Shown here: positions 26,501-39,800 of the stretch, one piece after another
Layout: the number at the start of each line of letters is the position of its first letter
Position numbering within the stretch: position 1 is the first letter of the stretch
NCBI GenBank assembly: GCA_050084985.1
Contig: JBITNC010000002.1
Span: forward strand, 33,914,001 to 33,978,000
Length of the DNA: 64,000 bases
Direction: 5' to 3'
Source of the DNA: Nageia nagi
Lineage: Eukaryota; Plantae; Pinophyta
Translations under genes and position numbers: made by a program
Notes under the pieces: model-generated
Seen by the model: only the letters and a program-made list of their open reading frames with translations
What the model was told of the DNA's origin: nothing
The model's database searches: none

Positions 26501-28719
26501 AAACAAGTGCAAACTTATGAAAGAAGAATTGATCTATTTGGGTTTTGTTGTGTCCCACAATAAGTTAAATATGGATCCAGAAAACATAAAAGCCATTATA
26601 GAATGGCCTATCCCAAAATCCATCTTTGATGTAAAAAGTTTCCATGGTTTGGCAAGCTTTTACAAGAAGTTCATCCATAACTTCAGCAAAATGTGCATCA
26701 ATCATAGAAACTACGAGGGGAGTCAAAAAGGAATTTGTATGGACAACAGCAGCCCAAAGCAGTTTTGAGTTATTGAAAAAGAAGATCAACAAACAACCTA
26801 TACTTGCATTGCCGGACTGCAGCAAAGTATTTCAAGTTTATAGTGATGCAAGTGGAACAGCAATAATGCAATTTCGAGTCAAGAAGGGAAAACAATAGCA
26901 TATGTCAGTGAGAAACTCAATGATGCTAAGAGAAAGTATTTAGTTTATGACCAAGAATTCTATTCCATGGTGCAAGCTCTTAAGAAGAGGTGACATTATT
27001 TGTTGCCTAAAGAATTTGTTTTGAACAACGCCCATCAAGCCTTACAGTATATCAATAATCAAGGTAAGTTGAATCAATGTCATGTGAAGTGGGTATAATT
27101 CCTTCAACACTAATCATTTGTACTTAAGCATATGAGTGGAATGTCCAATAAAGTAGTTGATGCCTTACAGAAGGATTCTTTTGTTGCATGCGATGCAAAT
27201 AGAGGTAGGGTTTAATGGCCTGAAAAAATGATATCATGATGACGCAGATTTTAGAAAAGCATGGGTTGCATGTAAGAATCCAGTTAGCATGGACGGGACA
27301 TGATGGTTGGACTACTTTTTACAGGAAGTTTGATTGTTTAAAGGACAACAGTTGCGACTAACCCAAGGTTCTATGATAGAGAACTTAATCAAAGAGATGC
27401 ATAGTGGTGAACTGGCAGGTCACTTTGGTTAGACAAAACTCTTGCAAAGGCAAGAAGTCAAGACAACGGTTTGTATAAACTATAAACCATTACCTATTCA
27501 GAAAGACCTTGGGAACATATTAACATCGACTTCCTTGTCTACAACACATTCCAAGGGGAGTAACCAAATTACGGGATATGGCTGATGTTAACATGTTTAG
27601 AGCTGAAGCTGAAGATTTTGTCAAATACATGAAAGAAGTGCATGACCATGTGGAAGCACAACAAGTAAAGTACCACCAAATACAACCAAGCTGCTGATTT
27701 GAGGAGAAGGGATGTGGAATTCCAGATGGTGACTTGGTTCTCAAACATTTGAGAAAGGAAAGGTTTCCAAAGGGGACTTACAACAAACTCAAGTGGAAGA
27801 AGATTGGACCATGTAAGATGCTAAAGTGATTTTCAGCAAATGCATATGAGATTGAGTAACCGGTTGGAGTAGACATTTCACCTATCTTCAATGTTGTACC
27901 CTTTCCACAAAGGCCAACCAAGTGAAGACAATGATGGTTCGAATGTACAGCTTCCAGATTGGAGACAACAGTTACCAGAAACGGAAAGAGACAAAGTTGA
28001 TTCAATCTTTGACTCCAGAATTGTCAAGAAAACCAGAGTTGAAGAATATTGATAATATCTAGTCAAGTGGAAAGATAAAGCACCTAAAGAGGCTACTTGG
28101 AGGAGTCCATTCTAGATTTGCCATCATGGCTGGTGCTTTAGTTGAACTCATTTGTAAATCACGACATGGAGCTCATGTCTTTTCCTACTTGGGGTGTCTG
28201 GTGCAGAAGCATCCGGGTGAACAGGTTATCCTGCATCACAAAAAATAATAATTATAATAATAAAAGAAAAAAAAAATAATAAGTGTTTGGATCAGCTCGC
28301 TAAGTTGGATCAACCTAGTTGGATTCAGTTCATTCAATGATTCTGCCAGTTAAAGTGGCAAACAAACTAGTTGTAACAGAAGAGGTCGGGGCATGCAAAC
28401 CATCAGTTTGCCATGCACAGGTAATCATTAGAAAGTGGCATAGATCTGGTTAAGAAACTGAAATTGGTACAAACAAATGCATAATCAGCGAATTAGTCTT
28501 TCTTTAATTAGTTGTTAGTTTCTTGAAAAATAGGAAAATTTATAAAACAACCTGCGGGCAGTTGTAGAAGGGGAAAGCCTGAGCCATTTGTTACTGTGAA
28601 ATCTGCGGGGCTGTAGCAGGTTTGCATTGATTGAGTTGTGCATGTAGTGACTCTGTGTGAGCAATTTGGGCTGCCTGGGAGTGCAATCTTAACCGGTCTC
28701 CATGTCCACGAGTGCATCA
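23550..28719 (+). mobile_element. Two-LTR Ty3/gypsy chromovirus (CRM-like), internally deleted, in the DUF538 intron
   Basis: 5'LTR 23550-24020 and 3'LTR 28199-28719 (both TG..CA); TSD ACAAC/GCAAC; PBS TGGTATCAGAGC (tRNA-iMet); gag (ORF 24517-24834), RT, RNase H, integrase tail [20 protein letters not shown], chromodomain YLVKWKDKAPKEATW. Confidence 0.92.
25411..26485 (-). mobile_element. 3' fragment of an RTEX/L2-like LINE nested in the chromovirus RT
   Basis: Minus translation VCSHQLRGEIDHHIPRMDTTCRLCSL*EIENEGHLIFIC; interrupts host RT between ...KEEHM and LNKCKLMKEELIYLG; ends in a (TTTC)-rich tail. Confidence 0.75.
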
Positions 28720-29718
28720 GCAACCCACATAAAGGAGTAGAGCAATAGGCTTTACCTTTTATGGTTCTCACTGGTTTCCAAAGAATGTGTTCAAAGAAAC
28801 AACAAAATTTCTGCAAAGGAACTTCGTATGGGGTTTAGTATCACAATGCAGTGCCAATAGTTTACATCCTTTTGAATACCATTCTTATAATTTAGATCAT
28901 TCAACTACTAGATGCAACATGATTAGGAATCAAAATCGGGAGCATCCCATAAGGGTTACAACAATGTCAAACAACTCTTTAAACAAATTATATATATAGT
29001 CAGCTTTGTAGTCTGGAAGCAGATACTTCACAAATAAAGGAAAAGGGAGCAGCCCAAGGACGTCAGGCATCAATGTCCAGGTTCACATAGCATGATATGG
29101 AAGAATTCAGGTAGCCTACAAAATAAGGCCGGAGATTGGCCTGGAATAAAAGATTTTCACAGTCCATCCACAGAGATCTATTGGTAAGATTTGTGAACTT
29201 GCCACAAGTAGACCTTAGTTGTAAACCAAGTGTGTGCGAAACCACAGACTACATGGTCTCCATTTGAATGCAGCTTGGTAGCTGTGGCCAATGAGTCAGT
29301 TTTCAATATATTCTTAACCAGAGGGGGGAAACTTTGAAAGATAGAGAGTTTGTGCTTTGATTGAGGGAAAGTGGAAGACCAACAAGGTTTGTCCAGCTTT
29401 CCAACATAAAAGAACACGAACTACTAATACAAGGCAAACAGAGATGTCCATTTTGTACCCTAAGAGACACAACTAAGGGACAGTAGTAGTACTCAATTCC
29501 AGAAAGAAGATGTAGTGACTATAAGATTGTGGCCAACCTTTGATTGAATCAATAAGATAAAAGTTTCTGATGCATTCCTGCTCCCAAACATAACTATTGG
29601 AAAGAACAATCCCTATAACACCAATTAATTAGAAACATGCACACAAGCTCTCATATTGGAAAGCAGAAAATAAAGATTACTACCGAAAATAAAAAAGAAT
29701 TTCCCATCAACGACATAC

Positions 29719-30219
29719 CTTGTATAGCATATCCGATATACTTTTCCCCTCTATCAGCTCAGACTCTGGGAGGACAAAGTCAGATTTGCAATCAGGAGGG
29801 GTCTCAAACAGAGAAAGAGAAAATTGCTTGTAAACCACACCAACATCAAAATATATCAGTCCACTGCTGGGAACATCCACATGAATCCCTTTGATTGGAA
29901 ACCATAGAAAAAGCTCTTGTGTGGCAATCCCTGTAAGCCCAACGATATGAGCAAAGCTAAGATTACCCTTTATAACTGTCTCATAGTTCACTGGGTTCTC
30001 AAACTTGGTGTAGCAGGGCTTGTCCAAATTAACCTCAAAACTTCCATGTTCATCCACTGTGTAGTTCTTGACATTCTTGGGAATGAGGCCAATTGGAAGG
30101 CCATTCATCCTTAATGCATCGTAGATTGTAAGAGGATTATCAGGCGAAGAAAAGCATGAGGTCTCTGCAATCCAAAGGGCTACTATGGCAAAAAGCAAAA
30201 GGCATGTTCTGGTTTCCAT
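29719..30219 (-). CDS. DUF538 family protein (signal peptide), first coding exon
   Basis: Intact METRTCLLLFAIVALWIAETSCFS signal peptide plus GLPIGLIP...QELFLWFPIKGIHVDVPSSGLIYFDVGVVYKQFSLSLFETPPDC, typical of plant DUF538. Donor AAG|GTATGT at 29718; 5'UTR acceptor CTTTCAG| at 30264. The track's 30348 start is a TTG within the upstream intron. Confidence 0.92.
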
Positions 30220-33200
30220 GACTATGAAAGTATTTGAGGCCAACTCTATTGCAGAGCTATCATCTGAAAGTGGGTGGATTGGGAAGGCGATGCAAACCAG
30301 AAAGGGTATTGGAAATGTCCTCAAAACAGTATTTTTGTGGCAATCCAAGCAAAATAGGTGATCAGAATGGCCTCAAAATGAATTCATCAAATAGGTGGGA
30401 CGAATCTCGTTTGTTTTCTTGGGCAATCCAAGTGAAATGAGTGAACACAGTGACCTCAAATTGATATTTTTATGACATGGATAGATGATGGCGCTAGCAA
30501 TGCCAATACAACTATGGATTGGGCCCAAAGGACTATCAGAGATGATCCAAAGACAGATAACCACAAGATAGAATAGGGCTAAGTCCTCATCATACTTTCA
30601 GGTTTAGGAAGCCACCAATGATGAAAAAACAAAAACAAATACAAACAGTAGAAGTGGCAGCTAACAGACAAAAATGAACGCCGGTCACAATCCACCTGCC
30701 ACAGATCCACTTCATATAAACAAAGGGCTTTTAGTAGCTGAAATCTGATAACCTACTACAATTTCACACACTGAATTCCCTACTACCATCCAAAAACTGA
30801 TCCGGCCATTGGAGAAAAAGACACTCGCTGATAATAGAAAAAACTTCTAATACAGATCAAATCATAGAATGGGAAAAAACACACCAATGAATACATGAAA
30901 TGTTCCAGAATTTGACAGGCGGAATGTGTATGACATAGATCAGCACCAATAATGAGAACAGTATTATTGCTATTCTAGTGAATTAACAGAGTGGATATCA
31001 GAGTATGCATGTGAAAGGCAGACAAAGGGTGGGTCCAGGGTGTGTCCGTTGGAAATGCAATTGGACAAGTGGCATGGATTGTGACTCATTGCCAGCTAAC
31101 CCCATGTGTGGGGTCTTCTAAGACCGCGTCTCCCAGTCCTCATGTGGCATTGCCCCTTCAATAATTTTAAGGGCTCTTTCATTGATATTATCTACTAAAT
31201 TGTTATGGGATGGAAGACAGGAGCTTCACATGATGTGAAAACTTGAATTATGGGAAAAAGGAGATGGCCAGGAGGAATCTCAAGGACTTCAAGAAGAGCA
31301 TTTTGGGTGTTTAATGAGGACCAAGTTTCCTATTTTTGCAATTTTGCTAATTGGCTTTTGTCATGGGACAAGTGGCACCTTTGGTCATTTTAGGTCTGTT
31401 TGTTAAGGATGAGATGCATGGAGTAGGGAGTAATCAACGTCTCGAAGTGGGTGCAACTTGGAAGGATGTGGAGGGTAAAAGTGTTAAGTTCAAGTTTAGC
31501 TTTATTCATTGCTTGGAAACTTCAATTAATTATTTTGTTTTTTTAATATGAATCTAAATGTTTAAAGATGGTAAGTAGGTTACAAGGCAAATCTTTATCC
31601 ACTATCATCATAATTTGAAATTATGAGAATGAAGTTTCTAAGTACGATTTCTGCTTTTTATGTTAGGTGACCACAAATTTCAAAATTATTCTATCAAAAT
31701 ATCTTTATGTTTATTTGTTGTTACTTATGAGGAATTAACAATTACTTTTGCTTTTACAAGGTTGATTTGAAAAGGATAGATGCATTCATTAAACATGGTC
31801 TCTTGTATATATATGAGTTTAGAAGTGAAGTTATAAAAATAAACGATATAGTTGAAAAAATGATGAGTGAGGTTGCAAAGTTGATAACTTACACATTTTA
31901 GAATCATCGTAAGAAGTTAGATCTTGTGGGTATGGTCCTCAGCCACCACTTGAACGATCTTATTTATAGTATTTATGAAAGTTTATTTTCTTTTTGTAAT
32001 ACATTGCTAGTATTACTTTTTAGTTCATAAGCATGTAATTATTGTGATACTTAACACCTCATACAAAGATGTGTCTCAATTATATTATCATAATTTAAAT
32101 AATGAGAATATAACTAATATGCTACTAAACATCTTACATGCTAATATAGCTTACCTATCTTCTATTAACATGAAATGAATTAGTTGTTTGCGTTTTTAGT
32201 AAATAGTGTACCTTTTTTTATTAATGTCAGGTAAATTTTGAATTAATCAAAAAAAGCTAACATTTTGAAAGGGTCTACAAGAACCTTGTACGTTAGCATA
32301 GTTATGATAGTATAACTTTTAATTTGTCTATCACAATCCAAATAAAATGAAATAAGCCCTTACAAAATATATAAAACGAAGCAAACATTTACATAGATAC
32401 ATGACAAAGTAACTCAATATACAAAGCTAACCAATGCATTTATGCTTTAGATAAAACGAAGCACACCAAATCCAACAACATGAAGCATGGACAACAATAA
32501 TAGAACAGTATTGAAATTTAACTTTTTGCTTCTTATGTTGATGTTTATGGTTTGTAAGATGTGAAGGGTTTTGGTCTAAAGTATTTGGTCCTATTGAAGG
32601 GTCCCCAATGCATACCTATAAAGGTTTTCAAGTAGAACTCATCTTTCTTTCTTTCATAGTTATCCTTTCCAAATATGAAATTCATTAGCTTTTGATACCT
32701 CTTGATGTATATAGCTTTCTCTTTGATTTATCGAGGGGTGGGATTGAATGAAAAACCTTCAAAGAATGAATTTGGTGTTCCTTGTGACATAATTGCTTGA
32801 GCAGTATTTGATTGTGTAGTTTTATATCCTAAGGCATTCTCATTGCCTTTTGCTTGGATCTCTGCTTTAAGCTTGTTGGAGAATTTTGGGTTGATTGTAC
32901 ATTTGGTGTAGTTTATAGAGCTTCCTCTACTACCTCCTTTGGGTTGTTTAGTTTTTTTATGTTTTGCATTATCTCCTTCCTCCTAGGATTGAGATCTTTG
33001 TTCTCAAATTTAAGATAAAGGTGGGATTTGAGGTTTGTATATAATTTCATTTGCTTCAATTTGTTTCAAGATTTCATCCTCATTTTCTTTAGCACTACTT
33101 GGGTCCTCCTTCACCAATTTTGGGATATTTATTCTGCTTTGATTTTCTTCCCCATCTTTGACCCCACTATTTGATCTTCCTCTACAAATTTGCATTTACC

Positions 33201-34854
33201 TTTTGGTGCTTCCTTTAGTATTTTGTGTACCTCATTATTAATGCATTTCCTTTATAGTAGTGAGTTGCATATATCATTAAGTAAATTGTACACCTCACTA
33301 TGCAACACATACTTTATAATATTCTATCATTTAATAATTAATTGATAGTTCATCACTATTAGGAATTATCTTCATCATATCCTTCAGTTGATCTTCCTCA
33401 TCCCCATCGAAGTGAAATTAATGCTTCTTATACTTATTCTTGTAATATTTTAGATATATCAATCTCCTCTTAAGTATAGTATTTATTAGATTTCTTGGTA
33501 GATTTTCAAATATAGGATTGAAGTTACCTTTCCTTAATATGGCTTCAACCAACATTATATTATGTACATGCACATTTTGGGGCCTTCTTACTACTTGGAT
33601 TTTAAAACTTATCTTCTTCTTATGTTGTTTCTATAAACCCACTGCTTTCAATTGATTCATGTCATTTCACCTTATATTCAAGTGTTATAGTTCACAAGTA
33701 TATTACCTTTTTCCCTACCTCTAGTCCTAAATCTATTAATGTGGCCTGATCTAATTTTGTCTCCTACTTCCCCTATCTTAGTGTATCTTCCTTCTCTTTT
33801 AGATAATTTTCAACTTGGTCCTTCCTCGTTGTAGTCTTCGAATTCTTATATTTTTTTATGCTTCTTCTCTTCTCCATTTGAAGTTTTGATTTTTTTCTTA
33901 TATTTGTTTATGCTTCTTCTCTTCTGCATTTGAAGTTCCAATTTTTTTCTTATTTGTTACATTCTTTACATCTTCTTCTTTTCCACCAACTTGGATATAT
34001 GAATATCTACATCTAATATTCATTGGTACTAAGATTCTAAAAAAATATTTTTAACGTTGATTATATAATTGGTGGAGATCAATTTGAATCTTGGATCCAC
34101 TGTTTCAAGGCTTACTTTAAGATATAGTATAAGTAGATAAAAGAGAAATAAATAATTATTATCAAAACCCATAGGAAGGATAAGGTCTCACATGGTAGAA
34201 ATTGCATGCTTGAATTATTATTCACTAAAAATTCAATCATTAATACATTTAATTACTTCAAGAAGATTGTTTATAATTTATTTTATCCCATGGGATAAAA
34301 ATATTCGTAAAGGGAATAACTATTGTCATAAAGACATCAAATGCACCTTTGAGATCAAATTATTCAATAATATATTAAGATAATTTAACTATATAGCTAT
34401 CATAGTCTAGGCAAAGGACATTAGTGAGGACCTTTACATCAAGTTTATTTTATATATATTTTCTAACAATCACAAAAATATGGCTATGTTTACCTTTACT
34501 TTTCTTGAGCTTATTTCCAACTTACTCAAACAATGGAAGCACTTCTACACTACAGCTGCAAGTTTGTCTACTACTTATATTCTAGATGGAAATCACAACT
34601 AACATGTTTTCTCTCTATATTTTAATGCCAAATAAAATAAGGATTTGTGTTCATAATAAGTTCCTTACATGTTATGTTAATAAATATCATATTCTTTATG
34701 TAGGATAACCTCCATGAGGAGTAGTAACCACTATCATGTGAATGAGAGATTTTGGTTTCTAATTCAAACTATGTAAACCCTCAATTCATTTAAATGGTTT
34801 ATAACTACTCTACCAATAATAAAAAGGTTATATTTCTTATAATTATTAAATAAA

Positions 34855-35514
34855 CTAGCTTTGATATAACCCCTTATATATCAAAAAACACCGAGAGACA
34901 TCATTTCGAGGCGCCTATCTCATTTCTTGGTATTGCTATATCCAAGATAGGATGATGTTACCATCATTATATTTATTTAAATAACAACTTAAATATTAGG
35001 TCATACAGGTTCTTTCCAAAATAATTCTCCTCTCCTGAAGCACATTTATAATCTCACTTACTTCCACAATTTAGAGGTCTATCTACATGTATTAGTAGAT
35101 GACTATTCTTATAGTGAAAAGTTGTTCAAGTCTTCTGGGAGAGACCCTGCACTTGTGCTGCGATCTTCTATTTGACGTGCTAGAGAATAAAGGCTTTGTC
35201 TAATTCACACATCATGGGCTGTCCCTGATCTGTACGCCTAAAGTATTATGTTGTAAATTATATTTATATGAAATTTATATTTTGAATTTAGAAATGGTAA
35301 TATTAATGTAGTGAGATGGAGGAATATCAAACTTCTTGTTAAATTGATAGTTTCAAGCTATGTGCATGGGAATATCAAATCCTTCATGAGTTTGAAACTA
35401 GAAAAGTTAGTTGAACTGTTGCATATGACGTATCTTCACAGCAGTAAAAGAAAGAACATTGGGCATGGCCCTCACCATTCTTTGTAAGTATGAACTGGAG
35501 AGACTGAACTTGTG
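34855..35514. other. 660-bp insert of unknown origin flanked by perfect 21-bp direct repeats
   Basis: TTCTTATAATTATTAAATAAA at 34834-34854 and 35515-35535; the interior retains several CpGs, unlike the flanks. Confidence 0.65.
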
Positions 35515-36169
35515 TTCTTATAATTATTAAATAAATCACAAGTAGGTAGATATTATCATTAACAATGATACAAAAAAAGTTTAATTTATCATAAGTTGGT
35601 GAATGACTTAACCTTCTTACATATTTGCATCTACCCCCATATCATCTTGGATTGGTAAAGAAGGAAGGACAACCTACTATGGTCTCTTAATGTTATTATA
35701 TCATAATTACAATATAAATCATCAATGATATAATCAATTATGATGTGAATCCACTTATTTATTACAACTTGGAACATGGCATGTTATATCAATATGCTCG
35801 AAGATAATTATTTGATTTTTATCAAGAAATCTATATTTTATATGAGGATGATCAAGTTTAAATTTTTATCTTTATCCTTGAATATGATTCTTCAAATAAT
35901 GAATTCTAAATCAATAAGTTTATATAATAATTGTAGCTTGTTATCCCATTCAATAAGATAAGGTAGATTACATTATTTAAGTTCTTTGTAATACAACTGA
36001 AAGTATTATTGTAAGAGTATGCACATAAATTTGTAAAGCTAAAAGAATTCCTCCCTTATAAAGTATAAAACATTTTTTTATTCAAGTACCACATGCATAA
36101 TAACCTAATCAACCATCATATTGTACTATTTTATTTAAAACTATAAATATTAAATGCCATGTAAGTATT

Positions 36170-36480
36170 GCTTAAAGAAGGTAAAATTTACTTGAGTATC
36201 TCTCATTTTGGCTATCTAATGCTTGTGGTATCTAAAAAGGAGAAAAATGAATGGGATTTATCTACTTATTGTCATGCACTTGAATAAGAACACTACTAAA
36301 AAGCATTATCCAAAATACTGTAGTAATGGTTTTCTTGATCATCTTTAAGATGTTAAGGTTTTTAAGAAAGATTATTTTAATGTATTTGTATCATTAAATT
36401 TGCATGGAGCCTAATTATGTTAAAAGATAATAACGAAGCTAAATTCTAGGCTTTTTTAATAGCTAGCTATGTTATTTAAA
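36170..36480 (+). mobile_element. Highly decayed Ty3/gypsy RT fragment
   Basis: Translates to LMLVVSKKEKNEW...HAL/NKNTTKKHYP...LDHL (RT N-terminal motifs). Confidence 0.55.
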
Positions 36481-36876
36481 TGCACAAATTTGTATACTTG
36501 TAGATATCTAAATTTAAGTTTTAATTTATTCGAAATCATATTTTACGTATCTAGAATAAATAATTAATTAATATACTTTATTTCTATATTTAGTGTATTA
36601 TCCTATTGATAAGCCAAATGTACTTTATCTTTCATACTCTTTCATGTTTTTGTGGGGTGATGTCCAAGGCATTATGAAAAAGGTGTCTAATCAAGCAAGG
36701 AACTTACTAAAAAGGGAGCAAATAACCAAGATAAATATCAAACCATGATAGATCATTCTTTACATATTTGATATGATGCTACAACTATGAAAGGGAAATA
36801 TTGCAAAAATGTAAATGAATATCAATTTGAACATGAAAATGATAACTAATCTAATGGAAAAATATGAAGCATGCAC

Positions 36877-39800
36877 TGATAATAGAACACGAAATAGCAA
36901 TAATAAGCAGATAAGGATAGGATTTAATTGAATAGTAATAGAATCACATGTCGCTTCAAGGGGGCTACCTCCTTACAAGTCTAAAAGTGAAAAATAATGT
37001 TCAAGATCCATTTCTCCACACACTTATGTATATATTTATAATATACTAACCCTAACCCTAATAGTAATGTAAAATCAATCCCCACACTTACAATCATAAT
37101 ATTACGGTGTACAATATAGGTCGATAATTTAATTAAAATAAATAATACTAACACTAAAATGTTAGGATATGGGATCCTAACATGCCACCCCTCTTGGGAT
37201 GAAGCTTTGTCCTCAAAGTTTGAATTATGGAAATTATTGCTATAGCTGATGAAGTATTTCTCATGTTACATCTTTAGGTGCCATGCCTTACCACTACACA
37301 AGGACTTCTATGATGGTGTGATTACGAAGCTGTTGTGAATGTTGATCCAAAAATACCTTAGGTATGACTACCATTGATCCATCCTCCACTAACTCAGGTA
37401 ATTATGTTTGAACCCAAACCTTCGATTCGACCACTTTCTTTAAATAGGAGACATGAAACACTAGATGAATCTTAGAAGAAGCAGGAAGCTTCAATTTGTA
37501 TGTAGTTGGGCCAATGCATTGTAACACCTTGTAGAGACCATAAAGCTTTGGGGCCAATTTTTTACGACCTTTTATTTTTAAGGATTTCTAGTGATAAGGT
37601 TGCAACCTCATAAAGACCATGTCATCTACCTGGAACTCTCTTTCAACATGTTGTTGATTAGCTTGTTGATTCATATAGTGTTGGGCTATCTAAAGGTTAT
37701 CCTTGAGCAAACAAAGAATATCATCCCGAGTAACTAATGCTAAGTCAATTGCCTAAACCTTACTAGTACCTACAACATACCAAGTGATTGTTAATGGAGC
37801 TTGACCATACACTACTTCATATGGGGTCATCTTGTTGGTAGAATGATAAGATGTATTATACCACCACTTAGCCAAGGGAAGTCATCATACCCAATGAACA
37901 GGTTGTGCTAAAGCAAAATAACATAAACATGTTTCCAAACATTTGTTGATAATTTTAGTTTGACCATCAGTTTGTGGGTGATATGCTGAGCTCATGTTTA
38001 GTTGGGTACCTTTTAGCTTGAAAAGCTCTTACCAAAAATGGCTTGTAAAAGTGGGATCATGGTCATTGATAATCATGATCATGGTCATTGATAATCATCT
38101 TTAGCATGCCATGTAGTTTAAAAATTATATCTAGAAATAATTATGCCACTATCACTACCTTATAGGGATGAGCCAATGAACCAAAATGAGCATATTTAGA
38201 TAATTGATCAACCACCACTAGAATAACTAATTTACCATTGGATTTAGGAAGGCCTTCAATGAAATCCATTGAGATATCAGTCCATGTATGTATGGGAAGA
38301 GGCTGAAGGAGTCTTAGAGTACCCACTGTCTCACCCGTTTATCATTGACACACATCATAAGCTACCACAAACTGCTTGATATCCAATTTCATACTTGCCC
38401 AATAGAACGACCATGCCACCCATTTATAAGTTTTTAGAAATCCATCATGTCCTAATGTAGGTGTGGAATGCAATTTGACAAGTATTTTTTATTTATATTT
38501 TGAAGGAGATGGTAAGGAGGTGGTAACAAAATTCGACCTTTGAATCTCAAAATACCATCATGCCATGTGAGGTGTGGTTTACTCATGGGATCTTGAGTGA
38601 TTTATTTTAACAATTTTTGGATGGAGCTATCCTCTACCCACTCCTATTTAACTTTATCCAACCATTGAGGAATAGAAGATGAAAGAGCTTGTAGTGCTAC
38701 TTGATCTTCAAATTTTCTAGATAGAGCATTGGTAACCACATTCTCTTTACCTTTATAGTATACTATCTCATAATCATACCCCAATAGTTTGGTCATCCAT
38801 TTTTGTTACTTGAGCATAGAAATATGTTGCTTAATAAAAAAATTCAAATTGTGATGATCCATGAGGATGATGAAATGGTGACCAATGAGATATGGTCTCC
38901 AATGTTGAACTGCATGAATGATGGTAAGCATTTATTTTTCATAGGTGTATTTACCCAAATTTTTACCAAAGTGCTCTACTAATGAATGCCAAGGGATGCC
39001 TTTCCTGCATCAATACTACCTTGATTCCTCCTCCATAAGCATTACTTTCTATCACAAAGGTTTTAAAATAATCTGGCATTACCAATACCATGGTGGTACA
39101 CATTGCATCCTTGAGCTTAAGGAAAGTTGCCTCAATTTGAGGGGACCATTAGAATTCGTTCTTTTTCAAAAACATTATTAGAGGTGCTGCAATCTTACCA
39201 TAATCTTTTAGAAATTTCCTATAATAGCCTATCAACCCCAAGAATCCTCGAATACTTTTCAAAGATGTAGGAAAATACCAATTTTGCATGTCAATAATCT
39301 TATGTGGATCCACTTAACTCCCTCTTCGGATAAAATATGGCCTAAGTAGTCAATTTCCCTCTTATCGAATGAACATTTGGATTTTTTTGCATATAGCTGA
39401 TGTTCCTTCAAAATTTGTAAGGTTTGGTCAACATGTGCCATGTGTTCTTGCAATGTCTAATTGTAGATCAAGATATCATCAAAGAAAACTAAAATGAACT
39501 TCCTAAGGAATGGATGAGACACCTAATTCATTAAACTTTGAAATGTGGATGGAGCATTTGTGAGGCCAAAAGGCATGACCAAGAACTCATAATGGCCCTT
39601 ATGAGTGCAAAATGCAATTTTTGGTATATCCTCCTCCTTGAGGTGGATTTCGTGATACCTAGATCATAGGTCCAACTTGGAAACATATCTTGCCCCATGC
39701 AATTCATACAATAATTAATAAATGATCAGTATAAAAAATTTATCCTTGATGTTAATTTTGTTGAGGGCCTTGAAATCCACACACATACACCATAAGCAAT

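Noticed and set aside
30220-30348. 43-aa N-terminal extension of DUF538 in the ORF track
   Set aside because: Starts at TTG and crosses a splice acceptor at 30264; the signal peptide begins at ATG 30219.
32500-34000. Decayed minus-strand coding-like region (possible LINE ORF1)
   Set aside because: Purine bias suggests a TE relic, but no diagnostic motif is recognisable.
35620-36010. Possible Helitron PIF1-helicase remnant (LPPYHL...KKEGQPTMV)
   Set aside because: Similarity is weak and riddled with stops; needs an HMM search.
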